NCBI GenBank assembly: GCA_023334545.1 | Contig: JAADVB010000056.1 | Location: 23,211 to 87,210, forward strand | Source of the DNA: Salisapilia sapeloensis CBS 127946 | Lineage: Eukaryota > Protista > Oomycota | Length of the DNA: 64,000 nucleotides | Reading direction: 5' to 3' | In this document: one piece after another, positions 33,580 through 44,879 of the stretch | Layout: each line of letters begins with the position of its first letter | How positions within the stretch are numbered: position 1 is the first letter of the stretch | The notes under the pieces: model-generated | What the model was told of the DNA's origin: nothing | The model's input: the letters and a program-made list of their open reading frames with translations, nothing else | Databases searched by the model: none | Program-made: the position numbers and the translations under genes

Positions 33580-35604
33580 CTAATACCGAATGGTTGGTAC
33601 GATGTGCTGCAGCTTCTCGAGACCTCGGAGACCACTGCCGAGGTTAGTGGCAGGAGAGAAGGCTCGACCCATGTCTTCTTCGCTACGTGCTTCCTGAACA
33701 CCATTGTAGCGAAGGTCAAGCACTCGGACGCCAGTGAGCATCGAAACGTCCTGGATGCCTTGGCAGTTGCTTAGGTTGAGTATGTGGACACGATGCAGCG
33801 CTTGGACATTCGTGACTCGTTCGCATCCGGATAGAGTCAAGGAGTGGACGTTTCCGAGCGCACTTACGTCCGAAACCTTGGTACAGTGTTTGAGCGACAG
33901 CGTGTGGACACTTGCGAGGCAGGATACGTCCTCTACTAGCGGACAGTAGCTTAGATCGAGCGTATGGACTTGGGCGAGAGCGGATACATCGCAGATGAGA
34001 GGACATCCGGCAAGTTTGAGCTCTCGGACGTTACCTAGAGCACTCACGTCTTCCACTTGGTCGCAGAACCGGAGGTCGACTTCACGAGCATTTGCAAATG
34101 GCCGGACGTCTCGTAAGAGAGGACAGCTCGAGACGTTCACGTATCGAATGTTAGATCCTTGTAGTGCAGAAAGATCCTTCAGCACCATGCAGCGATAAGC
34201 TACTAGTCGTCTTAAAGAGGAGAGTGTTGGTGGTAACTTTTCGATCTTTGTGCTGTAGCTAATGTCGAGCTCATGGATGTCGCTCACGCCTTCTAATGAC
34301 TCGATGCGAGGGCATCGTCCCATGAATAGTGTGCGTAGTCCTTTAAAGCCAGCGACGGAAGTGATGCTTCGGCAGTTGGATACGTTTAGCTTCTCTAGTC
34401 TAGTCGTAGCTTGAGCGAGAGCAGACAAGTTACTGATGCCGTCGCATAGGCGGAGGGACAGATTAACGACGCTCGTGAGCTTGGAAACGTCCCACACGAG
34501 CTTGCACATTGAAATGTCCAAAGTGTGTACGTTGCCGAGGCTAGAAACGTCTTGGATCTGCGAGCATCCACTGAGATCTAGCTCAAAGTTACCACCCAAA
34601 GCACTCACGTCTTGGATGCCGTGACACTTGCGTAGACGCAGTGTATGGACGCTTCCAAGCGTGCTGACGTCCTTTAGATCGATGCAGCCATTCAGTGTCA
34701 GTGTGTGGACGTTGCCAAGCGCTCGGACGTCAGTCACGTTGATGCAGCCACTCAGATTCAAATTCTGAACGTTCGCGAGCATGCTCACGTCGCGGACTAG
34801 AGGACAATTGCGTAGTTCTACTTTCTGTACGTTGGCAAGCGGAGAAACATCTTCCAGAGCCCGGCAGACGTTGGCATAGACGCTGGTGCAGTTCGAGAGT
34901 GGACGGACGTCTACGACTGCATGGCAGTAGGATATATCTACACTATCGCAGTTGTGGAGGAAAGAGAGGTCGGACAAGCGATTGCAGTAACTTAGATCGA
35001 TGTGGCTGAGGTTACTGTTGTTGTCTCCGTTCTCTAGACACGAAAGGCCGTCGAGGACGTTGCATCCACTGAGATCCAAGGACTTTAGCTGGTTGATACC
35101 TGGAAAGAGATTGACTCGATGGATGCTCGACAAGTTGATGCTCTGGACTTGGTGGTTCCGAATCAGCTCTTGGAGCTTGTCGGAAAAATCAAAACCTTCT
35201 CGCCCAAAGCCGTCTGGAGGCATCCAGTCTTCAGCTCCTTGCGTTCGAATCGATATACGCACTGGCAGCCCAGTAAAGTTGCTTACGACGTTCTCGTTCT
35301 GGCTGCTACGTTTGCTGCCTTCGTTCGTTGTACCTGGAAGAGGACGGAAGGTGATGTTCATCAGGTTTGGCCATACACGTTGGAATCGGTCCAAGTCCTC
35401 CGTCGTGCATGTCAGTGCAGTCGGCGTGTCGAGGCTAACCTGCTTGTGTAGTATCTCATAGAGAGCGACACATACTTCTGTAAGTCCAACTGCATCTTTC
35501 AATGACAAATAAGGAACGATGGAAGCATTCCAGAGGTCTACTGGGAATCGAGTAAGCAGTAGGCTGTCGCTGAAGTTCATGGTCTTGCGATCGACTGGCT
35601 GCAT
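33580..35604 (-). CDS. F-box-like + leucine-rich-repeat protein
   Basis: N-terminal LTRFPVDLWNASIVPYLSLKDAVGLTEVC resembles an F-box, followed by about 20 Cys-containing LRRs. The start could be 35688, 35604 or 35580. Confidence 0.85.
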   Translation of the reverse strand: MQPVDRKTMNFSDSLLLTRFPVDLWNASIVPYLSLKDAVGLTEVCVALYEILHKQVSLDTPTALTCTTEDLDRFQRVWPNLMNITFRPLPGTTNEGSKRSSQNENVVSNFTGLPVRISIRTQGAEDWMPPDGFGREGFDFSDKLQELIRNHQVQSINLSSIHRVNLFPGINQLKSLDLSGCNVLDGLSCLENGDNNSNLSHIDLSYCNRLSDLSFLHNCDSVDISYCHAVVDVRPLSNCTSVYANVCRALEDVSPLANVQKVELRNCPLVRDVSMLANVQNLNLSGCINVTDVRALGNVHTLTLNGCIDLKDVSTLGSVHTLRLRKCHGIQDVSALGGNFELDLSGCSQIQDVSSLGNVHTLDISMCKLVWDVSKLTSVVNLSLRLCDGISNLSALAQATTRLEKLNVSNCRSITSVAGFKGLRTLFMGRCPRIESLEGVSDIHELDISYSTKIEKLPPTLSSLRRLVAYRCMVLKDLSALQGSNIRYVNVSSCPLLRDVRPFANAREVDLRFCDQVEDVSALGNVRELKLAGCPLICDVSALAQVHTLDLSYCPLVEDVSCLASVHTLSLKHCTKVSDVSALGNVHSLTLSGCERVTNVQALHRVHILNLSNCQGIQDVSMLTGVRVLDLRYNGVQEARSEEDMGRAFSPATNLGSGLRGLEKLQHIVPTIRY
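33700..35070 (-). repeat. LRR array with a mostly 20-aa (60-nt) period, consensus DVSALGNVHTLxLSGCxxVx
   Basis: Consecutive units DVRALGNVHTLTLNGCIDLK / DVSTLGSVHTLRLRKCHGIQ / DVSALGGNFELDLSGCSQIQ / DVSSLGNVHTLDISMCKLVW. The repeats line up in successive 60-nt rows. Confidence 0.8.
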
Positions 35605-36065
35605 GACGGGACTGCGAAGCGCGTAATGGGAAAAGTTGGGCACTAGAAGAGCACGTGGAAAGACCAAGAGAGGCCAGCCAATGTCCATGGCTGGAAGACC
35701 CCAGTCCGATCCAGTCTATCCCAGACCATGTCAACGCACTTGAAGTTGACTTGAAGAGCAGTCACCTTACGTGGTCTTGTGATACCGATCTCGGGTTCGT
35801 GGCGTTCATAGGAGCTAGGAAGGACCAAGAGTACTATCGGATCCTTCAGAGGAAAGTAGCTCGATACTAAAGCATTATCATGCTCAAATCTTTTACATCT
35901 AATCCCAAGTATAATGAAAGAACTTCCATCCTCTCTTCTTATCTAAAGATAGATGGAGATATCAGAAGTCTGTGTCGAAAGAACTGTAGCAAACAAAGCA
36001 GATAAGAACACAAGACACCATTCAAACGGTCACGATGGAAACGACAATCGTAGATTTCAATCCAT

Positions 36066-37766
36066 CTAACGCTCTTCTCCAGCCGTCGTGATGTAGTTGA
36101 GCAAGTCGATTCTCGTCACGAGTCCCGAGATCTTTCCCTGCCCAGCATCTTCATGCGTCGTGACGATGGCGAAGTAGTCCTTGTCAAAGATCGACGTCAA
36201 TTTCTCCAACAACGTGTCTTTCGTGACGCGAGAAAAGTTCGTAAAGAGGGCACTGGCAACCACGTCGTCTCGCTTCAGTCGCCCAGCACTCAGTTGCGAC
36301 AGCAAGTTGCCGATACTCACGACTCCCTTGGCTATACCATCATTTCCGAGCACTGGCAATTGGTCAAATCCATTCTCCTCCATCAATTGGATGCTCTCTC
36401 CGACCGTGGCATTTGGTGAGATGGTGGTAGGAGCCTGCAGCGTCAGTTCTCCCACCGTCTTCTTCGCCCACCAAGACGACGCATCTGGATCCTTCCGGTA
36501 TGTCGAGTAGTTCTGACGCGAGTGGACAGGGTTCGGGACGAACGAGTGCTCGAACATCCATGCATCACTCAAGAATTTTGACATGTAGTTACGAGTAGAG
36601 TCAGGTAGGAGCACGACACAGCGCTGGCCTTCGGATAGAGAAGCAGCAGCTCGGACGGCTGCAGCCATGGCAGAACCGCAGGAACCTCCGCAGAGCAATC
36701 CTTCCTCTCGAATTAGACGTCTGGACATGATGAATGACTCTTGGTCATTCGTCTTCTCCCACTTGTCCACGACGGATCGATCGAGGACATTCGGGATGAA
36801 GTCGTATCCGATACCTTCGACTTTGTATGGGACGTTTCGATTCGGATCATCCTTGTCGTCTGGATTCGCTAGGATCGAACCTTCCGGGTCGACGCCGACG
36901 ACCTGGACGTGTGGTAATTTGGATCGAAGTTTCTTCGCCACGCCCGTGATGGTGCCTCCGGTCCCGACTCTAGGACAGGTGTTAGGGCTTTATAGTCTAC
37001 AAGAGCGATGGAAGTCGTACCCCATAACGATCATGTCGATCTTATTGTCACATTGGTACAAGATTTCTTCCGCTGTGCCGTTAAAGTGAGCATCGGGGTT
37101 GGATGCGTTGCTGTATTGGTCCAAAATGTGGGCATTCGGGATCTCTTCCTGCAGTCGTTTCGCGACACCAATGTGGCTTTCAGGAGAGTCATACGCAGCT
37201 TCCGTTGGTGTTCGAATAATCTCGGCACCTAGCGCCTTGAGAATATTCACCTTCTCCAGACTCATTTTTTCTAGAGTGATGGTCAGATAGGAGTGTTGGT
37301 CTATTTAGATGATCGAGTACCTGGCAGCGTAATAATGCACCGATAGCCTTTGATGGCTGCTGCTAATGCAAGTCCAATGCCTAGTAGAGCTATTTTAGAG
37401 GGTATTCATGGAGTATAAAGATGAAACACGTACCGGTGTTGCCAGAAGTTGGTTCGATTAGCGTGTCTCCTGGTTTAATCCGACCGCTCTTTTCAGCGTC
37501 TTCCACCATTTGCTTTGCAATTCGGTCTTTAACCTACGTCATACAGTCTATACAATATACTTGTTGATCGGAAAATGGAGGCTGCGTACGGATCCACCGG
37601 CGTTAAAGAATTCGCATTTGGCCAAGAGTTCACATTTTAAATGCGCTTTCTTGCCAATGCTGTTGATACGGACCATGGGCGTCTGGCCGACGGCCGAGAG
37701 GATATTCGGAAGAATCGACAACGCTTCATGCGGCAAATGACCTTCGTCCGATGATGAGATGGCCAT
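36066..37766 (-). CDS. CBS: Cystathionine beta-synthase with C-terminal CBS domains, 5 exons (introns 37534-37589, 37381-37433, 37271-37320, 36970-37020)
   Basis: The spliced product has [16 protein letters not shown] (PLP lysine), [65 protein letters not shown] and a Bateman module. An alternative ATG lies at 37799. Confidence 0.95.
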
Positions 37767-38371
37767 GCTTGAAGAAATGGCATTAAGATGCACTCGCATA
37801 TAGCTATCCGTCTCTGATTGGCTTAAAATATCCAGAAAACGTTCCTATCTGCCTCTCGATTTGTTCACTGAAACAGCACCCAACGTATCGATAAAATAGC
37901 TCCAAATAGGCTTCCTTCCGCCAAATGGTGACTTGAACTAGATCGTCTGCAGAAAAGGTGACTTGTGTGGTACCGCCTCGTTGCAAACGCCAAGTATCTT
38001 TCAGCAGAGCATCTCTCCTTCTTAAATCTGAACACACCGATACGACATCAACGTCCTCTGTCCATGTCCAGTCAACTCTTCATCCACGCTACTCTTTGTC
38101 TAATTAATAATAACCTCTTCTCCAACATTTAAATCTACAAAACATACATAAGTCACTATTCGACGCTCCATATCAAATGTATCACCTTTTGCAAATTCTT
38201 GTGGTCTTCAAAACGAGAGATACATCTCGGATCGTCCCATCAAACTATCTCTCTCTATTCTACAATCACCTTATCTAACCAACGTCTATAAAAAGAGACA
38301 ACAAGGGCATCTGCCCGCCAGTAAAGCTCATAAGACAAAACGCCCGCAAGTACTCAAGTCTCTTCATCACG

Positions 38372-39760
38372 ATGCCGCACCCGCAGACAGCTTCGCTCGA
38401 AACTCAGGACCCGGAGATGTTCAACCTCATTGAGGCAGAGAAGAACCGTCAGTGGAAATGCCTCGAACTCATTGCGTCCGAGAACCTCACATCTCGCGCC
38501 GTCATGGATTGCCTCGGATCCTGCCTCACGAACAAATATGCGGAGGGACTGCCGAACGCACGATACTATGGCGGTAACGAGGTGATTGATCAGATCGAGA
38601 TCTTGTGCCAGAAGCGTGCGCTTGAAGCGTTTGGTCTGTCCTCGAGCGACTGGGGCGTCAATGTCCAGCCGTACTCTGGCTCGCCAGCCAACTTTGCCGT
38701 GTACACGGGTCTGTTGAAGCCGCATGACCGTATCATGGGTCTTGACTTGCCGTCTGGAGGCCACTTGACCCACGGTTTCTACACGTACTCCAAGGCGGAG
38801 AAGACTCGCAAGGCTGTGAGCGCCACATCCGTCTACTTTGAGAGCATGCCGTACCGTGTGGACCAGGAGACTGGTCTCATCGACTTTGCCAAGCTCCGTG
38901 AGCAGGCCAGCATCTTCAAGCCCGCTATGATCATCTGCGGTGGCTCGGCCTACCCACGTGACTGGGACTACAAGCAGTTCCGTGAGATTGCCGACGAGAA
39001 CGGTGCCCTGCTCATGTGCGACATGGCGCACTACTCTGGTCTGGTGGTCACTGGCGAGCACAACTCGCCGTTCGAGTACTGTGACGTCGTGACGACGACG
39101 ACGCACAAGAGTCTGCGTGGTCCTCGCTCCGGTATGATCTTTTACCGTGAAGACGAGCGCAAGTTTGGTCCCAAGATCAACAATGCTGTCTTCCCGGCGC
39201 TCCAGGGCGGTCCGCATGAGCACCAGATTGCTGGTGTCGCGACGCAGCTCAAGGAGTGCATGACGGACGAGTTCAAGCAGTACGCGATCCAGATCAAGAA
39301 GAACGCGAGACAGCTGGCCGAGTCGCTCATGGGCTACGGCTACACGATCTGCACGGGTGGTACGGACAACCACTTGATCTTGTGGGACCTCAAGCCGCAG
39401 GGCATCACGGGTTCCAAGATCGAAAAGCTCTGTGACCTCGTGTGCATTACGCTGAACAAGAACGCTGTGCTCGGCGACCGCAGTGCGCTTGCTCCTGGCG
39501 GCGTTCGTATCGGTGCACCGGCGCTCACGAGCCGTGGTTTCAAGGAGCAGGACTTTGCCAAGGTCGCTGACTTGTTGCATGAAGCCGTGCAGCTTTGTGT
39601 CAAGATCCAGGAGAAGAGCGGTAAGAAGTTGGTGGACTTTGAAAAGCACGCCAAGGAAAGTGACGAAGTGGAAGCATTGAAGAAGAAGGTCAACGACTTG
39701 GCCACGAGCTTTGAGATGCCTGGCTTTGACGTGTCTGAGATGCGTAACAAGGCTTGTTAG
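38372..39760 (+). CDS. SHMT: Serine hydroxymethyltransferase (no presequence, probably cytosolic)
   Basis: [70 protein letters not shown]. Confidence 0.97.
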   Translation: MPHPQTASLETQDPEMFNLIEAEKNRQWKCLELIASENLTSRAVMDCLGSCLTNKYAEGLPNARYYGGNEVIDQIEILCQKRALEAFGLSSSDWGVNVQPYSGSPANFAVYTGLLKPHDRIMGLDLPSGGHLTHGFYTYSKAEKTRKAVSATSVYFESMPYRVDQETGLIDFAKLREQASIFKPAMIICGGSAYPRDWDYKQFREIADENGALLMCDMAHYSGLVVTGEHNSPFEYCDVVTTTTHKSLRGPRSGMIFYREDERKFGPKINNAVFPALQGGPHEHQIAGVATQLKECMTDEFKQYAIQIKKNARQLAESLMGYGYTICTGGTDNHLILWDLKPQGITGSKIEKLCDLVCITLNKNAVLGDRSALAPGGVRIGAPALTSRGFKEQDFAKVADLLHEAVQLCVKIQEKSGKKLVDFEKHAKESDEVEALKKKVNDLATSFEMPGFDVSEMRNKAC

Positions 39761-41294
39761 GATCTTTGGAAGGTATGATTTGCTGAGGTTTTCAATACAA
39801 GAGCTTCACCATTTGTTTGTTGGATGAGAGACGTGTCTTGAGAAGGTTAGTGTAGCATTCGGTGGAAGGTGCTTGATGGAAGAATACTTGTTAGATGGTA
39901 TTCAAGAGAGTAGGATAGTGTATCTATGCCGTTGCTATGCAATCGATTGCGTGCGTATGCTGAGGTTTCCATGTTATATATCGAACGAAGAGGGAGGAGG
40001 ATCCGTCTGATGATATTCGATACTTTTGCCCGCCTCACGTCTACACATATCTCATCGTAGAGATGTACATGTAGTTGTATCGCCAAGTCGCTCTGGTATG
40101 ACTTGACTAAGGTGTAATACGTCAACGACTCATAAGGAACGGATGAATGGATTAACGAAGGATCTTGCGTTCGTATGGAAGCAAGCAATTTGTTCGTCGA
40201 AAGGATCGAAGGCAAGATTGGATTGCATCGTATCTAGTCTACGGGAGAGGGACAAGAGCTACCTGTAACTCTCAATGCAGTCGACTTAGAAGGTCAGTCA
40301 ACTTGCTCTTGCACTTGTTGAGTGTACTGTCGCCATTGCTGGGCTCCTACTGTCATGACGTGTCCTGGTCTGGCGGTATCGACGAACAAGGACGTCAACT
40401 TCTGGGCCGCTTGCAGTCCGAAGGTAGCACTTGCAACGGCGATGCCACGGGTCATGGACTCCAAGTTACAAGTGCGTCTTTCCTCTTCCTTGCTCTTCGG
40501 ACGATCCGAATGTATCTTGAAAGTACAGAAAAACGTGGAGAAGACGTTTCTGCACCTCGAAAGATTACGAAAGGAGCCTAGCCCTGATGGAGTCAATGGG
40601 AAAAGATAGTGACGATTAACTACAACCCTCTATCTTATCTGATTCTCCTCCGAAACGCGATCAAGTATCAGAGTGCTCGATTTCAGCCACTCGTTCAGGC
40701 TCGTGGAGGCATAGGCTGATCAGATCGTCCGACTGGGTGCTTTGTGATAGCACAATGTGATGGTCGGTCATTCGATTGCTATTTTATCGTGTAACGCCAT
40801 CGATGGGCGATAGCTACGTCTGTATTAAAGGCAAGATTGAACGTGCGTCGAGGATTTGAGGTTACTGACCACATTGCCCATGTTCGAATTTGTTTAACGA
40901 TCGGTGATCGGAATGTGGATGCAAGGTACGCCACGGGCCGACGTCAGAAAGATATATGGAGTGTGCTGACCAGAAATGACTTGCGTCTAGCTTGTTTCGA
41001 TCGAAAGATCCACCGTCATATCATGGTGAGTACGCTTGACGCGTAGAGGCTTGTCGGTCGAAAAGCTCATCCAAACACAAGAGCAATCTGTTCGATGTCG
41101 ATTAAGATTCGATCCGAACGCAGTGCATCGTGCATCTGCTTTTGTCTGGTCTGGACCGTACAAAGATAGCGAAGCCTGAGGTCGAAAGTCGATTCAATCG
41201 AAATGTAAAAGAAAATGTACTCCACATACTAGTTCTACCTATCTCAGCTCCATTGGTTTCCATGTATTGACACCGACTCTTAATATAAAGAAAG

Positions 41295-41982
41295 CTACCG
41301 CCACGACGTTCCTGGCAACGAGTGGAAGGAATGATTTCGAACGGGCGGCAGTTGACACCTGCCATCACCTGGGTACGAATGATATCTGGGCTCTTGTGCT
41401 TGCGTTGGCAAGTACCCGATGAACGGATCGGACCGTCGACCAGCGAATGGGTCCGACGATCCAGCGACCTCACTCGGAGACGTGACACTGGCGAGTCCGC
41501 TGCGACTCGGGAGCGACTCCCGTTCTTTTAAACTACCATCGACGTGTCCAAACATTTCACTAAAAGACGGCAATGGTCCACGTTGATCGGACCCCGAGAG
41601 TTCACTCGGTGGTGACGTTGGACTAGGCCCTCGCTGTTGCTGGTCGGATACGTGTACTCCTTTTTGCTGTTGGACGGCATATCGGTGGTTGGCGACGAGT
41701 TTCCGGTACTTTTGTGCATGCGAGTGGACTTGAGCTTCAGATCGTGTTCGTACGAACGCCGCGATGCGATTCCAAGGTCCATGTGGAAATTGTTCCAGTC
41801 CGTCTAAAAAGCGTTCGTGCCTAGAGCATATAGATGAGCAAGGACTCTTGTACTTGTACTATATACTGGACGTACTCTTCTGGCGTCCATCCACCTCGGA
41901 CTCCCGAGTTGCGTCGCATGGGCAGTCGAATGAGTTCGCCGTCGTGCGTGAAGAGCGAATGGTCAAACCTCGGACTAAGCAT
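41295..41982 (-). CDS. SHAQKYF-class single-repeat Myb transcription factor, 2 exons (intron 41821-41875)
   Basis: Manual splice gives MLSPRFDHSLFTHDGELIRLPMRRNSGVRGGWTPEE|HERFLDGLEQFPHGPWNRIAAFVRTRSEAQVHSHAQKYRKL..., ending at the TAG at 41295. The track shows only the tail of this gene. Confidence 0.75.
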
Positions 41983-42389
41983 CGTTTCGATCGCTCTGTC
42001 GTTTTGGATAATGAACCGAGAGCAAGCTATCCTGTTTTGTGGGTGACGTGCTCCAGCTGGGAACCTTCGATATTTAATTCAACCTTACTGGGTTCACCGG
42101 GTGGTTCGGCTTGGCGCGCCGGCCGATGTCAGTGGTGGCCACGGAGGACGACTTGTGATGGAAGAGGAGCGAAGGTCTGATGCGCTTTTTTCTACTCGCG
42201 TGTACAGTAGAGAGAGCGCGACGAGAAAGAGTAGGAAGAGTGACACATGACGAGGGTTTCTACGGATTATGGCCCACGCATGGTACGCCCTGGTTTTTCC
42301 TTCCTATCGTGCATCGACTTGGCATTGTCGCGACGCAGACGCCCGACCATGTCCACGCTCAGACTACTTTTGTATATATCCAAATCATA

Positions 42390-42455
42390 CAGATGTGATG
42401 ACGACAAAATATAACTAATGTCTGATCACGAGACCGTCTCGTTCGTCTGATCAGA
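42390..42455 (+). ncRNA. Candidate box C/D snoRNA guiding 18S rRNA 2'-O-methylation
   Basis: C box GTGATGA at 42395-42401, CTGA at 42422-42425 (D') and 42447-42450 (D). The guide GTCTCGTTCGT (42436-42446) abuts box D and is the exact complement of the conserved 18S motif ACGAACGAGAC. The terminal stem is weak. Confidence 0.6.
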
Positions 42456-43338
42456 AGCGTTGGCGAGGTTCCTTTCTGGCCATTAAAACCTTCCGGTAGA
42501 TGCCCAGCATGGCCTTATTTCGCGACCAGAAGATGTCGAGATTGGCCTCTTGATCGAAATGTTTTGCAATCGCCATCGGTTTTACAAATCACTGAACACC
42601 CACCTGATTTTTTAACTTGCTCTACGTCGACAGAGATGTGGTAAGGAGCGTTGCTCGCACACAATGCTTGCAAGATCGAGGCATATGATCACTAGATACA
42701 GTATGAGTGATCGTTCTTCTCTCATCCTTCACATGCAAATGGCCAGTTACGACAAGTTGACAAGATGCTATTTCGAATAAACAAATAAACATACAAATGG
42801 CCTAATTTAGACAAAAGAAATACTCTTTTCAATGACCATCCCCAAGTATTCTTTCGAGGCATATGGAAACCGACAAGACTTGTCTCCATAACTTGATGCA
42901 AGTCGTATCAACGTGTCAGGTAGGACGAGCTTCGTTTATTGTAATCCAACATGGCCACGCAATCGTGGACAGATGGGCTCGTACATGAACACGGTTTCTT
43001 CAATCGAGAGAGAGCGTCACGACATCCATCACCTAGCTGCAAGACACCAATCTTTTTCAAATATTCCAAGCACGACAAATGGTACGACGTTGTCCGACTT
43101 GTTCCTACCACCAAGACATGTCTTCGATTGGACCCGACAGAGTCTCACGCACTCGCTCACTCATACACAGCCGCACCAACTGGGATGTATCCAAGCATCC
43201 GAATGGATAGACTTGTCGTCTTCACGTAGAGCAAAGCAAATGGAATGATATGTTTCCTCAAGCGAAGGACAAGGCCGGAACGAAAGGTATCCTTGTCATG
43301 TCACAAGTATCCGAAATGGAAAGAGAACGTTGTTTGTT

Positions 43339-44751
43339 TTATTTCTCGACGGCGTGTTTCGTTAATGGAAGAAGCAAGAGTTCGACGACGAGGCCGACAA
43401 AGTAGACAAAGCTCGTGATGAAAAAGCACATGCGGTAGCCATACGCATCGATGATGTATCCACCGAGGACGGCACTTCCCGACCAGGAAAATACACTTAG
43501 ACCTTCCAACGAGTTCCAACGAGCTCGAACGTCTTTCGGGACAAAGTCCATGAGGATTGATCGACGGAGCGGCTGGGAGCAGCGCATCGTACCTCCTCGC
43601 ATGAGGAAGAGCGCGATCTGGAGGCCTAACGGTCGCGCGTACGTCATGCAAAAGAGACAGACGAGCGACATCCAGCGGGTGCTGACGATCATCGGCATGC
43701 GGCCAAAGGTTCGACTCAAGTGCTGTGCGGCAAAGGAGAGGCCCATGACGACGATCGGCTGGCACGTGAACAAGATGCTCATGTGGATAGGCGATAGACC
43801 GTACTCTTCGAGGAAAAAGAGAGGGAAGAAGTTGATGGTCATGCCGGCGCCATTGCTGATGATAAAGTCCGAGATGAAGAGCAGCAACGGTACGTGTTTC
43901 ACGGAGAAGCAGCCGATGGAAGCTGGCTCTGGACCGTCGTCTTTCACGCGTTCATCTAGCGCCGGGTCCGCGACGTTCACTAGCAACGACGTCGCTTCAC
44001 TCACTTTCTTCTCTTGTTCGCCTTCCGAATCGGAATAGTCATACTCGATCTCCATTCCATCTCCTTTTAACGTCGGCGTCTTTAACGGGTCTTCACTATG
44101 TCTACTACTACGTGCACCGTCCTCTTGCTGTGCGATCAACTGGTTCTCAAGCGCCAGGTCATCGTCGTATCGGAAGAGGAGGAGACTTGCGATGATGGCC
44201 ATGAGACACCCGAACTCAAGTACTGGCTGGAGCATACGTAGCTCCCACTCGTCTCCATAGTACAGGAAGAGTAGGATGGATAGGAATGGACCGAGGATCA
44301 TGGCGAGGTTGCTAATGTTGTATTTGATCATGAACGGGTAGGAGCGTTTGCCGTGCTCGATCGAGTCGGCAAAGAGTGCTTCCATCGCCGGGTTCTGGAA
44401 GGCCGAGAAGAGACCCCAGAGAGCAAACGCGACGTAGAGCAAGTTCATGTAATTGGCTTCGACGGCGTAGAACGTGAGGCCAGCAGTGAGGAGACCGATG
44501 ACAGCAGACACTTGAAGAATCGTGTCTCGACGGATCCTGTCCGCTAGATACCCCGACGGCAGTGTAAAAACAAGTTGTGACATACCTTGTATACCCTTGA
44601 CAATCCCCACGGGCTTATTCGATTCCGTCAGGACGTAGACATAGCCGGATAGAATCTGCTGGAAGAGGATACTACGTGCAGCCCATAGAAACAAGGTGAA
44701 CAAGTACGTGTTCTTGACGTTATGCGCAATGTTGGACCACCAAGACGGCAT
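43339..44751 (-). CDS. Major facilitator superfamily transporter
   Basis: About 12 hydrophobic segments, motif A SGYLADRIRRD, central hydrophilic loop, LSRTFGRMP in the second half. ATG 44751 is preferred over 44850 because an initiator-like TCATTC lies between them. Confidence 0.88.
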   Translation of the reverse strand: MPSWWSNIAHNVKNTYLFTLFLWAARSILFQQILSGYVYVLTESNKPVGIVKGIQGMSQLVFTLPSGYLADRIRRDTILQVSAVIGLLTAGLTFYAVEANYMNLLYVAFALWGLFSAFQNPAMEALFADSIEHGKRSYPFMIKYNISNLAMILGPFLSILLFLYYGDEWELRMLQPVLEFGCLMAIIASLLLFRYDDDLALENQLIAQQEDGARSSRHSEDPLKTPTLKGDGMEIEYDYSDSEGEQEKKVSEATSLLVNVADPALDERVKDDGPEPASIGCFSVKHVPLLLFISDFIISNGAGMTINFFPLFFLEEYGLSPIHMSILFTCQPIVVMGLSFAAQHLSRTFGRMPMIVSTRWMSLVCLFCMTYARPLGLQIALFLMRGGTMRCSQPLRRSILMDFVPKDVRARWNSLEGLSVFSWSGSAVLGGYIIDAYGYRMCFFITSFVYFVGLVVELLLLPLTKHAVEK

Positions 44752-44879
44752 GATCGAGCGATGAGCAGCAAGAGGACGAATGCGTCTAAACAGGTCGAAT
44801 GAGGCGTTGGAGCGTCGTGCTTGGTACGATAGTGGTACATGTACACTCATCTTTCGTCTTCGCCCTCTCCAGTCGGCTC

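Noticed and set aside
38354-39649. Long antisense ORFs over SHMT, and similarly over the B56-like (4183-5373) and PK (58893-60389) genes
   Set aside because: Shadow ORFs produced by codon bias of the real genes on the opposite strand.
39847-41100. Short ORFs between SHMT and the Myb gene
   Set aside because: No domain, consistent splice model or preferred strand could be established.
42707-42723. TGATCGTTCTTCTCTC, identical to a stretch of vertebrate U3 snoRNA
   Set aside because: No box A/A', box B, complementary 3' stem or box D at the expected spacing; likely coincidence.
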